Part shown: positions 33,798-45,200 of the stretch, piece by piece
Layout: every line of letters starts with the position of its first letter
Position numbering within the stretch: position 1 is the stretch's first letter
DNA from: Fidelibacterota bacterium
GTDB lineage: Bacteria; Fidelibacterota; Fidelibacteria; Fidelibacterales; DSDE01
Assembly: GCA_046735395.1 (NCBI GenBank)
Contig: JBJKQR010000008.1
Location: forward strand, 1-64,000
Direction: 5' to 3'
Length of the DNA stretch: 64,000 nt
Program-made: the position numbers and the translations under genes
Notes under the pieces: model-generated
Databases searched by the model: none
Told to the model about the DNA's origin: nothing
The model's input: only the letters and a program-made list of their open reading frames with translations

Positions 33798-34491
33798 CGA
33801 CAGATATACATTATTTTTTGCCATGACCATCACGATCGTCGCCTCCATCCTGCTGGCGTCGGCGGCGACGTTGCTCAAACCGTTTCAGGCACGCAACGAG
33901 GCTCTGGACAAAAAGAAGAACATTCTGATTTCGGCCGGACTTCTGGCCGGAGATCAGCTGAATCATATCACACCGGCTCTGATTGAGGATACTTACAAGA
34001 CGTCAATCCGGGAGGTTGTGATCAATCTTCAGGGCGAGATTCAGGACAACGTGGCCGTGAACACGCTGGATCCGAAAAACTCACCGGACCTGCTTCCTCT
34101 CTATATCAATGAGAAGGGCGGTCAGATGAACGGCATTATCATTCCCGTTTCGGGCAAGGGCCTGTGGTCCACCATTTACGGGTACATTGCCCTGGAAAAG
34201 GATTTCAACACCGTCGCCGGCATTACCTTCTACAAGAACGGGGAAACACCGGGCCTGGGCGCTGAAATCGCAAAGCCGGCCTTTTCGGGCCAGTTCCGCG
34301 GAAAGACGATTTTCGAGAACGGAGCCCTCACCGGTATAACCATTGCCAAGGGGCACGCGCTGAATCCAGACAACCATACGGTGGATGGAATCTCGGGTGC
34401 GACTCTCACCGGCAAGGGTGTCAATACCTTCCTTCTGAAGGATTTGAATTTATATCTTCCCTATATCACAAAAAATCAGGAGGGCATGTAA
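33790..34491 (+). CDS. nqrC: Na+-NQR subunit C
   Basis: GKGLWSTIYG, ETPGLG, FMN site VDGISGATLT. Confidence 0.95.
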   Translation: MHSDRYTLFFAMTITIVASILLASAATLLKPFQARNEALDKKKNILISAGLLAGDQLNHITPALIEDTYKTSIREVVINLQGEIQDNVAVNTLDPKNSPDLLPLYINEKGGQMNGIIIPVSGKGLWSTIYGYIALEKDFNTVAGITFYKNGETPGLGAEIAKPAFSGQFRGKTIFENGALTGITIAKGHALNPDNHTVDGISGATLTGKGVNTFLLKDLNLYLPYITKNQEGM

Positions 34492-35121
34492 ATGGCTGTC
34501 CTATCTCCAAAAAATAAGCGGGCGTTGTACGATCCTCTGATCGAGAACAACCCCATCAATAAACAGGTGCTCGGAATCTGTTCATCTCTTGCGGTGACGG
34601 TGCAGATTAAGACCGCCATCGTCATGGCGCTGGCCGTGACCTTTGTCCTGGGTTTTTCCAATCTCGTCATATCAATGCTGCGAAATTATATTCCGTCCAA
34701 GATCCGCATCATTGTGGAACTGACCATCATCGCCACTCTGGTCATCCTGGTGGATCAGATTCTCAAGGCCTTCCTCTTTGATATTTCCAAACAGCTGTCC
34801 GTATTTGTGGGACTGATCATCACAAACTGTATCGTCATGGGCCGGGCGGAAGCCTACGCGCTTCAGAACAAGCCCTTCCCCAGTTTTCTGGACGGAATCG
34901 GCAACGGTCTCGGCTACGGATTTATCCTGCTGGTGGTCTCTACGGGCCGGGAGTTGCTGGGAAGCGGATCCCTGCTGGGCTTCAAGGTCATTCCCCAGTC
35001 CTTTTACGATGCAGGATACCAGAACATGGGCCTGATGGTGCTGGCGCCCGGAGCCTTTATCCTCCTGGGCCTTTTCATCTGGATACAGCGGTCCATCATT
35101 AAATATGTCGAAGCGGATTAG
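34492..35121 (+). CDS. nqrD: Na+-NQR subunit D
   Basis: [30 protein letters not shown]. Confidence 0.95.
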   Translation: MAVLSPKNKRALYDPLIENNPINKQVLGICSSLAVTVQIKTAIVMALAVTFVLGFSNLVISMLRNYIPSKIRIIVELTIIATLVILVDQILKAFLFDISKQLSVFVGLIITNCIVMGRAEAYALQNKPFPSFLDGIGNGLGYGFILLVVSTGRELLGSGSLLGFKVIPQSFYDAGYQNMGLMVLAPGAFILLGLFIWIQRSIIKYVEAD

Positions 35122-35130
35122 GAGGTCATC

Positions 35131-35739
35131 ATGGAACATCTGTTAAGCCTTCTTGTCAAGTCCATATTTGTTGAAAATATCCTTCTTGCCTTCTTTCTGG
35201 GGATGTGCTCCTTTCTGGCCGTCTCGAAGAAAGTCGAGAATTCGATCGGCCTGGGACTTGCCGTCGTCTTCGTCATGGTTATCACCGTTCCGGTGGACTG
35301 GCTCATCAATCATTATCTGCTTCGTGAAGGCGCTCTGGCCTGGGCCGGCCTGCCCGAAATGGATCTGAGCTTTCTGACCTTCATTTCCTTTATTGCCGTG
35401 ATTGCCGCCATGGTTCAGCTGGTGGAAATGGCTCTGGATAAATTTTTTCCGGCGCTGTATACGGCCCTGGGAATTTTCCTGCCCCTGATCGCCGTCAACT
35501 GCGCGATCCTCGGCGCGTCGCTGTTCATGGTGGAACGGGATTATGCCCTGGCCGAAGCGACCGTCTACGGATTCGGATCCGGGATGGGGTTCTTCCTGGC
35601 CATCGTGACCATGGCCGCGATTCGCTATAAAGTCAGGTATTCCAATGTTCCGGAAGGAATGAGAGGACTTGGCATCGCAATGATCATTACGGGACTGATG
35701 GCCATGGCTTTCATGAGCTTCTCCGGTATCAGCCTTTAA
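35131..35739 (+). CDS. nqrE: Na+-NQR subunit E
   Basis: [28 protein letters not shown]. Confidence 0.95.
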   Translation: MEHLLSLLVKSIFVENILLAFFLGMCSFLAVSKKVENSIGLGLAVVFVMVITVPVDWLINHYLLREGALAWAGLPEMDLSFLTFISFIAVIAAMVQLVEMALDKFFPALYTALGIFLPLIAVNCAILGASLFMVERDYALAEATVYGFGSGMGFFLAIVTMAAIRYKVRYSNVPEGMRGLGIAMIITGLMAMAFMSFSGISL

Positions 35740-35756
35740 GGATGGAGGATTAAGTT

Positions 35757-36983
35757 TTGAATTCCCTAGAAATCATTCTTCTCAGTATTGCTGTCTTCAC
35801 GGGACTCATTGTCATCATGGTGCTGATTTTAAATTTTGCCGCGTCCAAACTGGTGAATAGCGGTGATGTGACGCTGGTTATCAATGATGACGAGAGCAAA
35901 TCCCTGACGGTTCCGGCCGGAGGCACACTGCTGGCGACCCTTGCTAATGAAAAGATCTTTCTTCCCTCGGCCTGCGGCGGCGGCGGAACCTGCGCTATGT
36001 GTACCTGCCAGGTCATGGACGGCGGCGGCGATATCCTGCCCACCGAAACCGGCGCCATTTCCTACGCACGACAGAAGGAACACTGGCGTCTGGCCTGTCA
36101 GGTCAAGGTGAAAAATGACTTGAAACTCCGGATTCCCGATGAAATTTTCAATATTCAGAAATTCGACTGCACGGTGCGCAGCAACCGGAATGTCGCCACT
36201 TTCATCAAGGAGCTGGTGCTGGAACTGCCCAAGGGCCAGCATCTGGATTTCAAGGCGGGTGGATATATTCAGATTGATGTGCCGCCCTATGACATTCAGT
36301 TTCAGAATTTTATCATAGAGGATGAATATCGCGAGGACTGGGAAAAGTATCATCTTTTCGATCTGAAGGCCAAAAATCCCGAACCCATATTCCGTGCGTA
36401 TTCCATGGCGAATCATCCTGCGGAAGGGGACATCGTCATGCTCAATATCCGCATTGCCACCCCGCCTCCCGGACTGGACGTGCCTCCGGGAATCTGCTCT
36501 TCCTATGTATTCAATCTGAAGCCGGGCGATCCGGTGACCATTTCCGGCCCTTACGGCGAATTTTTCGTGAAGGATTCGGACCGGGAAATGATGTTCATCG
36601 GCGGCGGTGCCGGAATGGCTCCCATGCGCTCTCATGTCTTCAACCAGTTCAAAACCCTGAACACGCACCGCAAGGCGACGTTCTGGTACGGCGCCCGGTC
36701 GAAGCGGGAAATGTTCTATGATGATGAATTTCAGGACCTGGCGGAAAAATTTCCCAATTTCAATTATACGGTCGCGCTGTCTGAACCGCTACCTGCGGAT
36801 AACTGGGATGGCCCGGTGGGCTTCATTCATCAGGTGATTTTTGATAATTACCTCAGCAGGCACGAGGATCCGTCAGAAATCGAATATTATCTCTGCGGCC
36901 CGCCCATGATGATCTCTGCCGTCAATAAAATGCTCTATGACCTGGGCGTGGATAAGGAAAACATCATGTACGATGAATTCTGA
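35757..36983 (+). CDS. nqrF: Na+-NQR subunit F
   Basis: 2Fe-2[40 protein letters not shown]. Confidence 0.96.
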   Translation: MNSLEIILLSIAVFTGLIVIMVLILNFAASKLVNSGDVTLVINDDESKSLTVPAGGTLLATLANEKIFLPSACGGGGTCAMCTCQVMDGGGDILPTETGAISYARQKEHWRLACQVKVKNDLKLRIPDEIFNIQKFDCTVRSNRNVATFIKELVLELPKGQHLDFKAGGYIQIDVPPYDIQFQNFIIEDEYREDWEKYHLFDLKAKNPEPIFRAYSMANHPAEGDIVMLNIRIATPPPGLDVPPGICSSYVFNLKPGDPVTISGPYGEFFVKDSDREMMFIGGGAGMAPMRSHVFNQFKTLNTHRKATFWYGARSKREMFYDDEFQDLAEKFPNFNYTVALSEPLPADNWDGPVGFIHQVIFDNYLSRHEDPSEIEYYLCGPPMMISAVNKMLYDLGVDKENIMYDEF

Positions 36984-37005
36984 GAGTACAAAAATACTTC
37001 ATGTG

Positions 37006-37029
37006 AAACCCGGCTTCGGCCGGGTTTTT
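37006..37029 (+). terminator. Rho-independent terminator after nqrF
   Basis: AAACCCGGC-TTCG-GCCGGGTTTTT. Confidence 0.85.
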
Positions 37030-37153
37030 ATTTTACTGTGAAAAATCTGTCGGATATGGTCACAGAAAATAAAGCGTACCTTATTTATATAAAATCGCTT
37101 ACATTCGTTCAAATGAGAACCGGATTATTTAATTTCACGGAAGGACTTGAGCA

Positions 37154-37786
37154 ATGTCTGTAAACCGTGTATTGATCGCAGATGACAGCAGTACGACACG
37201 CCGGCTTCTGGAAAAGAAGCTTGAGGCCTGGGATTTCGGCGTGACGAGTGTTCGGGACGGAGAGGAGGCCTGGCAGCTATTGCAGAAGGATGACAGTCCC
37301 CGGCTTCTTCTTCTGGATTGGATCATGCCGGTCTACGAAGGGACGGAATTGTGCCGGATGCTGAGGGAAAAGGAGGCCGGCTCTACGATGCCGACCTATA
37401 TCATTCTGCTTACGGCAAACCGGGAAAAGGGAGATATTGTCCGCGGCCTGGAGGCGGGAGCCAATGACTATATTACCAAACCTTTCGATGATGCCGAGCT
37501 GAAAGCTCGTCTGGATGTGGGCTTGAGAGTGCTGTCTCTTCAGAAGCAGCTGCAGGCGAAAATCCGGGATTTACAGCGATCACTTGAGGAAATTAAAACG
37601 CTGCAGGGAATCCTGCCCATCTGCCCCTACTGCAAGAAAGTCCGGAATGATGATAATTACTGGGAACAGGTTGAGGAGTATATCACACATCGCAGCGCTG
37701 CCGAATTCAGCCACGCCATCTGTCCCTCCTGTTTCGAAAAGCACCTCGCGCCCCAGCTCAAGGATCTGGGTATCCGGCGCAAATGA
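37154..37786 (+). CDS. Response regulator: REC domain plus C-terminal Cys-rich domain
   Basis: IADD, LLDWIMP, LTA, DYITKPF; tail LPICPYCKKVR...FSHAICPSC. Confidence 0.88.
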   Translation: MSVNRVLIADDSSTTRRLLEKKLEAWDFGVTSVRDGEEAWQLLQKDDSPRLLLLDWIMPVYEGTELCRMLREKEAGSTMPTYIILLTANREKGDIVRGLEAGANDYITKPFDDAELKARLDVGLRVLSLQKQLQAKIRDLQRSLEEIKTLQGILPICPYCKKVRNDDNYWEQVEEYITHRSAAEFSHAICPSCFEKHLAPQLKDLGIRRK

Positions 37787-37850
37787 CAGGGTTATTCCGG
37801 GTTCGGAAGAATCCGTTTATTAAAATGTTTTATTCAAGATACGATTGGGA

Positions 37851-38648
37851 ATGGAAGTTATGAGGGCCATCCGCCTGTGCCGTGTGTCTGCAGTGCTTAT
37901 TTGGGCCGGAATGCTGACTGTTTCCGCCTGCAGCCGGACGCAATCTGAAATTCCGCGGGTCGCCGTGGCGGCCAGCCTGTATCCGGCCGCAGACAGTATA
38001 TTGAGTCTCTACGAGGCAAAAAGCGAATTCCGGCCGCAGCTGATCAGCGCATCAAGCGGAGCGCTTACAACACAGATATTACAGGGTGCGCCCATAGATA
38101 TTTTCCTGTCCGCCGATACAGCCTATCCGGAAAAACTGTTTCGCCGCGGATGTGTTATTGCCGGGCCGGATCGTTTCAGCCGGGGACGGCTGATTCTCCT
38201 GTCGGCCAGGATAGAAACAGCACTGAGTCTGAACATGCTCCGCCGTACGGATATCCGGAAAATTGCCATCGCCAATCCGGAAACGGCGCCCTACGGGACG
38301 GCGGCCATGGAGGTACTCGAGGCCTTGGGTTGGACCGATTCCCTGCGTGCGAAACTTGTATTTGCCGAAAATGTCAGTCAGTGCAATTCCTTTATTCTGA
38401 GCGGAAATGTGGACATCGGCTTTACGGCACAGTCAGTCCTGTCGGCGCGAGGCGTACCCGCGTCGGTCCGCAGCCTGAGAATTCCCGATTCTCTCTACTC
38501 TCCCATTGATCAGTCCGCTGTTTTGATCCGCAGAGCCGGGCCGCCATCCGAAACAGTCGCTTCGCTGTATCAATATTTCTTTTCGGACACTGCGGCGCTG
38601 GTGTTCCGGCATTTCGGATATGAGGTCCCGGAAAGGGTGAAACCGTGA
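37851..38648 (+). CDS. modA: Molybdate ABC transporter substrate-binding protein
   Basis: Lipobox VSAC, AVAASL, SSGALTTQI..GAP.DIFLSA, IANPETAPYG, ENVSQ; start uncertain. Confidence 0.92.
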   Translation: MEVMRAIRLCRVSAVLIWAGMLTVSACSRTQSEIPRVAVAASLYPAADSILSLYEAKSEFRPQLISASSGALTTQILQGAPIDIFLSADTAYPEKLFRRGCVIAGPDRFSRGRLILLSARIETALSLNMLRRTDIRKIAIANPETAPYGTAAMEVLEALGWTDSLRAKLVFAENVSQCNSFILSGNVDIGFTAQSVLSARGVPASVRSLRIPDSLYSPIDQSAVLIRRAGPPSETVASLYQYFFSDTAALVFRHFGYEVPERVKP

Positions 38649-39046
38649 ATCGTCTTGAGGCGCGTATCTGCGATATTCAGACAAGCTCCGGCCTGAGTCT
38701 GGTTTCTCTTGAGCTGGGGTCCTGCTCTCTGCAGGCCATCATTATCGAAAATCCCGAAACGGTGGAGTATTTACGCGTCGGAAATACCGTATTTGCCCTC
38801 TTCAATGAAACGGAAGTGATTCTGAGTTCCGAGTCCCATGAAAAACTGTCTCTCCGCAACCAGATTCCCTGTACGGTGAAGGATGTGGATCGCGGTGAAA
38901 TGCTGGCGCGGATCTGTCTCGATTTTGAGGGACGGGAACTTCGCTCGGTGATTACGAGCGCCGCGGCTGCCGAGCTTGCGCTTCAACCCGGGATGGCAGA
39001 GTGGGCGATGATCAATACAAATGAAATCATGCTGAGCGATCAATGA
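38645..39046 (+). CDS. Tandem TOBE/Mop molybdate-binding protein
   Basis: LSLRNQI, SVITSAAA.EL.L..G; within mod operon. Confidence 0.85.
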   Translation: MNRLEARICDIQTSSGLSLVSLELGSCSLQAIIIENPETVEYLRVGNTVFALFNETEVILSSESHEKLSLRNQIPCTVKDVDRGEMLARICLDFEGRELRSVITSAAAAELALQPGMAEWAMINTNEIMLSDQ

Positions 39047-39714
39047 ATGCAGCCCCGCTCCTCCTGTCCTTCCGGCTGGCGCTGCTGACCAGCTTACTGC
39101 TCCTGCTTGTGGCGGTTCCTCTGGCCTACCGGGTGAGCCATCTTTCACGGAAAAAAAGTTCGTTTCTGGAGAGTCTGCTGTCGCTTCCGCTGGTCTTGCC
39201 ACCCACCGTTCTGGGTTTTTATCTCCTGCTGCTCATGAGTCCGTCACAGGGCGTGGGCGCTTTTTTACACAGCCATTTCGGACTCCGGCTGGCCTTCAGT
39301 TTCAGCGGCCTGGTGATCGGAAGTATGATTTACAGTTTTCCCTTTATGTTCAATCCGGTGCTGAATGCCTTCCGCGGCCTTCCCGAATCCTATGAGGACG
39401 CGGCGGCGGTTCTGGGAAAATCGCGTCCGGAGATTTTTTTCCGGGTTCTGCTGCCGAATATCCGGCCCTCCTTATTCAGCGGATTCGTTATGGCCTTTGC
39501 CCATACGGTGGGCGAATTCGGTGTCGTTCTCATGATCGGCGGAAATATTCCCGGTCTGACCCGTGTCGCATCCATCGCCATCTATGAAGAAGTGGAAAAA
39601 CTCAATTACAATGCGGCCCATCTCACCTCCGCCATCCTGCTTGGATTCAGTTTCCTCATCCTGTTTGTCATGTATTTTATCAATCATTCCGGACAGCACG
39701 GGACAGAGCGATGA
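39043..39714 (+). CDS. modB: Molybdate ABC transporter permease
   Basis: LPLVLPPTVLGFYLL, FAHTVGEFGVVLMIGGNIPG. Confidence 0.95.
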   Translation: MNAAPLLLSFRLALLTSLLLLLVAVPLAYRVSHLSRKKSSFLESLLSLPLVLPPTVLGFYLLLLMSPSQGVGAFLHSHFGLRLAFSFSGLVIGSMIYSFPFMFNPVLNAFRGLPESYEDAAAVLGKSRPEIFFRVLLPNIRPSLFSGFVMAFAHTVGEFGVVLMIGGNIPGLTRVASIAIYEEVEKLNYNAAHLTSAILLGFSFLILFVMYFINHSGQHGTER

Positions 39715-40583
39715 TCCGTTTTCATCTGAAATATTCCATCCGGCAGGATCCGGAGAATTTCAATCTGGATTGCCGGGGAGAGATTCATGATGGCGAGGCC
39801 ATCACGCTGTATGGAAAAAGCGGTGCCGGAAAGAGCACGCTGCTGCGCTGCCTCTCCGGGCTGATCCGGCCGGACGCCGGGACTATTTATGATGGAGACC
39901 GCTGTATTTATGACAGTGAGGCCGGGATTTTTCTTCCCGCACGATCGCGGCACATGTCCCTGCTGTTTCAGGATTATGCCCTGTTTCCCAATATGACAGT
40001 GGAGGGGAATATCCGCTTCGGGATGAAAAAGGGTGAAGATGCGTCCTATCTGAAGGAATTGATGGATGTCATGAACATCACCGCCTTGCGGGGGCGCTAT
40101 CCCCGGACGCTTTCCGGCGGAGAACAGCAGCGGACTGCGCTGGCCCGTGCTCTGGCCGCGAGGCCTTCTCTGCTGCTGCTCGATGAACCTCTGGCTGCGC
40201 TGGATTATGAAACCCGGCTGCGGCTTCAGGATTATCTGCTGGAAATACAGAAACGCTACGGCTTGACCCTGCTGCTGGTCAGTCACGATCCCTCTGAAAT
40301 TCTGCGTCTGTCTCAGCGGGTTTTCGTGATGGAGGCGGGAAAAATTTCAGGAGAGCCCTCGGCCGCCTCTCTCTTTTCCTCAAAGCATATTTCGGGAAAA
40401 TTCCGTTTTGCCGGCCATGTGATATCGGTGGACGTGGCGGATGTGATCTGCATTGTCATGGTGCAGGTGGATTCGTCTGTCGTTCGGGTTGTGGCCGACC
40501 GGGAGGATGTGAAGGACCTGAAGCCCGGCGACCGGGTCATGATCGCGTCAAAAGCCTTTAATCCGATTCTGGTAAAAATATAA
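39711..40583 (+). CDS. modC: Molybdate ABC transporter ATPase
   Basis: GKSGAGKST, LSGGEQQR, LLLDEP, C-terminal TOBE. Confidence 0.92.
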   Translation: MIRFHLKYSIRQDPENFNLDCRGEIHDGEAITLYGKSGAGKSTLLRCLSGLIRPDAGTIYDGDRCIYDSEAGIFLPARSRHMSLLFQDYALFPNMTVEGNIRFGMKKGEDASYLKELMDVMNITALRGRYPRTLSGGEQQRTALARALAARPSLLLLDEPLAALDYETRLRLQDYLLEIQKRYGLTLLLVSHDPSEILRLSQRVFVMEAGKISGEPSAASLFSSKHISGKFRFAGHVISVDVADVICIVMVQVDSSVVRVVADREDVKDLKPGDRVMIASKAFNPILVKI

Positions 40584-40673
40584 AAACCCCTTCACCCGTC
40601 AGGAAAAGGGGCTGTTGCAAATATACGTCAGGTTTCGTGCTGAATCGGATCCGGGGCCGGAAACCGGGACGGG

Positions 40674-41927
40674 TTATTTTTCTCCCGCGTACTGGTAACC
40701 GATGCCTTCCACCGTTTCCTTCACGAGATTGAGATCAACATTTTCACCTTCGATCTCGACGCGTCCCGTATCAGGATTGGCGGTGACGCCTGTGATGAAG
40801 TCCAGTTTCTTCAGATTCATTTCAACATTCATTTTACAGTGCTGACAGGTCATCCCATTGACCTGAATCGTTGTGAGAGCCATATCGGGTAATCCTTTCT
40901 CTATGCTTTGTGTGTGACGACGTTTCCATTTGAGCCGGAATACATTGAGTGAGGCGATCAGCAGAAACCATCCGCTGGCCATCATCAGCCATTCCGGCAG
41001 AAGCTGATGGCTGTGAAGTGTATGAGTCAGAGGTGTGACAAACCAGGCCTGGGGCAGCAGCACATCAATGGCGGTTCCGAACAGGAGCGCGCCGCCGATG
41101 ATGGAGGCCAGATAGGCGTACAGCGTCCGTTTGCCCATGGCCCGTCCGATGACGGTGATGGTCGCGGCATTGGTGGCCGGCCCGGCCATGAGAAAAACGA
41201 GCACGGCGCCGGCAGAAATCCCCTTGGTCAGCAGGACGGCCGCAATGGGAACCGATGCGGTGGCGCAGACATACATGGGTACGGAGGCGATGAGCATGAT
41301 AAGCATCTGCAGGGATGATGCGCCGAGTACGGAGCTGAAAAAATCATCCGGAACCAGCATTTCGATAAAAGCTGCGACGGCAAGGCCCACAATGAGCCAC
41401 TTGGCAATATCACCGAGAAAATCCACGAAGGCGTAGCGAAAAAGCTCCGTGAAGCTGCGCGGCACGGCCGCGTCCTCTGCGTTCATTGTGCGCGCCTCGT
41501 GCGTCTCGGCCTTTTCCGGATTCAGCAGATGAGAAAGCCAGCCGCCGAAGATGCCGGTGACAAAGGCCACCACAGGGCGGATAATGGCAAAGGGCAGGCC
41601 CAGCATGCTGCTGGTGACCAGAATACTGTCCACTCCGGTCTGGGGCGTGGAAATGAGAAAACTGACGGAAGCCGCCCGGGACGCGCCATTCTTATGAAGC
41701 CCCACACCGGTCGGGATGACGCCGCAGCTGCAGAGCGGAAGCGGAATGCCGATGAGCGCCGCTTTTATGGAACTGAAGAACCCGGAGTCACCGAGAAAAC
41801 GGTTCATGCGCCCGGCCGGGACGAAGATATGCATGAGGCCGGCGATGAAAAAACCGAGAACCAGCCAGGGCGCCATGTCATAGAGCAGCCCTGCGAATAA
41901 GGTGAAATATTTGAGTATGAGTGTCAT
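40674..41927 (-). CDS. SO_0444/ArsP-family heavy-metal permease with C-terminal HMA domain
   Basis: PLPLCSCGVIP, STPQTGVDS, YVCATASVP, GPATN; C-terminal GMTCQHC; start at MTLILKY inferred. Confidence 0.88.
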   Translation of the reverse strand: MTLILKYFTLFAGLLYDMAPWLVLGFFIAGLMHIFVPAGRMNRFLGDSGFFSSIKAALIGIPLPLCSCGVIPTGVGLHKNGASRAASVSFLISTPQTGVDSILVTSSMLGLPFAIIRPVVAFVTGIFGGWLSHLLNPEKAETHEARTMNAEDAAVPRSFTELFRYAFVDFLGDIAKWLIVGLAVAAFIEMLVPDDFFSSVLGASSLQMLIMLIASVPMYVCATASVPIAAVLLTKGISAGAVLVFLMAGPATNAATITVIGRAMGKRTLYAYLASIIGGALLFGTAIDVLLPQAWFVTPLTHTLHSHQLLPEWLMMASGWFLLIASLNVFRLKWKRRHTQSIEKGLPDMALTTIQVNGMTCQHCKMNVEMNLKKLDFITGVTANPDTGRVEIEGENVDLNLVKETVEGIGYQYAGEK

Positions 41928-42099
41928 GACGGAAAGTCTTTCATTTTGGGGAAAGTTAACAATATTAGTCACATTTATCACTGAAAATATCTATAGAAAC
42001 CGGACGCGTTGAAAGGCATAAGGGAACGCCGTCGCCAGGCGGCAGGATGCCCGACAACAGATTGCAGGCATCAGGAGACCGTCGGCAGGACAAAAGAGG

Positions 42100-42205
42100 A
42101 AGCAGCTCGTCTTCGTTTCACTTCGATAGTATCGAGTCGCCACGTTTTTCGCAGCAGGGCGGAGTTTCGTTTCTTCCCCTCCAACTCGCCAACCCGCCAA
42201 CGTTA
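42100..42205. repeat. Short repeat cluster downstream of carB
   Basis: CGTCTTCGTTTCACT (42108-42122, identical at 47049-47063) and CGTTTCTTCCC plus 8-mer units (related to 46826-46860). Confidence 0.6.
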
Positions 42206-42210
42206 TCCGG

Positions 42211-45200
42211 TCAGTATTCCTGCCAGCTTTTGATGGTCAGGTCCTTTTCGCTGAAGCGGGTAAAGGCATAGATGAAGGCGGAGGCCAGGCGCGCATTGGT
42301 AATGAGGGGAATATTATTGTCGATGGCCTTGCGGCGAATCTCGTAATCGTTGTACAATTCGTCCTTGCTGAGATTTTTCGGAATATTGATGACCAGATCG
42401 ATTTTTTTCTTCTGGAGATAATCGAGGGTGTTGGGGTTTTTCTTCTCGTCCGGCCAGTGGAGCACGGTGGTCCGGATGCCGTTTCCGGCGAGGAAGTCGT
42501 GGGTGCCCTTCGTGGCGTAGAGTGTATAGCCCTTTTCCTGAAGCTTGCGGCAGCTGATGATCATTTCCACTTTGGAGCGCATGGGGCCGGTGGAGAGCAG
42601 AATGGATTTCTGAGGAATGCGGTAGCCGACGGAGAGCATGGATTTGAGGACGGCATCGTAGTAATCCTCTCCGATACAGCCCACCTCTCCGGTGCTGCTC
42701 ATGTCCACGCCGAGGATGGGGTCGGCCTTGGCAAGGCGGGCAAAGGAAAACTGCGAGGCCTTGATACCGATATAATCGAGATCAAAGGCGGATTTCTGTA
42801 CTTCGTTCACCTCTTCTCCCAGCATGATCCGGGTTGCGATGTCGATGAAGTTTGTTTTCAGAACCTTGGAGACGAAGGGAAAGGATCGGGAGGCGCGGAG
42901 ATTGCATTCGATAACCCGGATGTCATTATCCTTGGCCAGCAGCTGCATGTTGAAGGGCCCTGAAATATTGAGTTCGGCCGCGACCTGCCGGGCGATGCGC
43001 TTCACTCGGCGAATGGTTTCCACATAGAGTTTCTGCGGCGGAAATACAATGGTGGCGTCCCCGGAATGGACGCCGGCAAATTCGATATGCTCCGAGATAG
43101 CGTAGATCTTCATGTCCCCGTTCTGGGCAACGGCGTCGATTTCGATCTCCTTGGCCTCCTCGATGAATTTGGATACGACCACCGGATGCTCCTTGCTCAC
43201 ATTGGCGGCAAGGGTGAGAAAATGTTCCAGTTCGTCCCGGTTGCTGACCACATTCATGGCGGCGCCGGACAGAACATAGGAGGGCCGGACCAGGACGGGA
43301 AAATCCACCTCATCGACGAAGCGGTAAATGGCGTCAATGTCACTGAGCTCCTTCCATTCGGGCTGGTCGATGCCCAGGCGGTCGAGCATGGCGGAAAACA
43401 GATGGCGGTTTTCCGCATTGTCAATGGATTCGGCCGAGGTGCCGAGAATGGGCACATTCCGGCGATGAAGCCTCAGGGCCAGGGAATTGGGAATCTGGCC
43501 TCCGGTGGACAGAATGAGGCCCTTGGGTGTTTCCAGATCGACAATATCCAGAACACGCTCCAGCGTGAGTTCATCAAAATAGAGACGGTCGCAGACATCG
43601 TAATCCGTACTGACGGTCTCGGGGTTGTAATTGATCATTACCGAGCGGTAGCCCAGATCCTTGATGGACTTGAGAGCATTGACCGAGCTCCAGTCGAATT
43701 CCACCGAGGAGCCGATGCGATAGGCGCCGGACCCGAGTACGATGACGCTTTTTTTATCCTGTTCAAACCGGATATCATGGCTTCGTCCGCCATAGGTCAG
43801 GTAGAGATAGTTGGTCTGAGCCGGGAATTCACCGGCCATGGTATCGATCTGCTTCACCACGGGCAGCACGCCGAGCTCAATGCGCCGCTGGCGAACGGCC
43901 AGCATGTCACACTCAATGGCCTGATCATCGGAATTGAGGACGGAACGGGCAATCTGAAAATCGGAAAAGCCGCTCTGCTTCACGAGGCGGAACAGGTCCT
44001 CCGGAATGGCGTCCAGTCCGGAACAGCCGGCGAGCAGGGCTTCCCGCTCAATGATGAGCTGCAGTTTTTCGAGAAACCATTTGTCAATCCTGGTCAGGGC
44101 GTGAATACGGTCAATATCGTAGCCCTTCTGAAGCGCGTAAGCCAGAGCAAAGATCCGCGTATCGGTCGGCTCACTGAGGGCCGTATCGATATCATCAACG
44201 GAAAAATCCGGATTGCCGGTGAAGCCGTGCATTCCCTGGCCGATCATTCTCAGGCCCTTCTGCAGCGCCTCCTCGAAGGAGCGGCCGATGGCCATGATCT
44301 CGCCGACGGATTTCATGGATGAGCCCAGCGTCTTTGATACACCCTGAAATTTTCCCAGATCCCAGCGGGGAATTTTGCAGACGATATAATCCAGAGCCGG
44401 TTCAAAAAAGGCGGTGGTGGTGCGGGTGACGGAATTCCTGATTTCGTGGAGTCCGTAACCGAGGCCGAGCTTGGCCGCCACAAAGGCCAGCGGATAGCCG
44501 GTGGCTTTCGAGGCCAGAGCCGAGGAACGGCTGAGCCGCGCATTGACTTCGATGACCCGGTAATCTTCGGAGTCGGGATCGAGAGCATACTGAACATTGC
44601 ATTCGCCCACGATGCCGATATGACGGATGATGCGGATACTCAGTTCCCGCAGTTTATGATATTCATTATTGGACAGGGTCTGGGACGGGGCCACCACGAT
44701 GCTCTCGCCGGTATGAATTCCCAGCGGATCAAAATTTTCCATATTGCAGACGGTGATGCAGTTGTCGCTCGAGTCCCGGACGACTTCGTACTCGATCTCC
44801 TTCCAGCCCTTCAGGGATTCTTCGACGAGAACCTGGGAGCTGTAGCTGAAAGCCGTTTCCGCCTGGCGAAGCAGTTCCTTCCGGTTATTTGCAAAACCCG
44901 AACCCATGCCGCCGAGGGCATAGGCCGCGCGCAGAATGACCGGATAACCGAGGGTCTCTGCAGCCTTTTCGGCCTCACGGACCGTGGCCGTGGCGAGGGA
45001 ACGGGCGGTTTTTACATTGATTTCGTTGAGGCGGCCCACGAAAAGATCCCGGTCTTCCGTATCAATGACGGCCTGAATGGGGGTTCCGAGGATCCGGACG
45101 CCGAAGCGTTCGAAAACGCCGGATTTATGGAGCTCGATCCCGCAGTTGAGGGCGGTCTGTCCGCCGAAGGAGAGGAGGACGCCGTCGGGGCGTTCCCGTT

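Noticed and set aside
36995..37010. parS-like TACTTCATGTGAAACC after nqrF
   Set aside because: Four mismatches to consensus and overlaps the terminator
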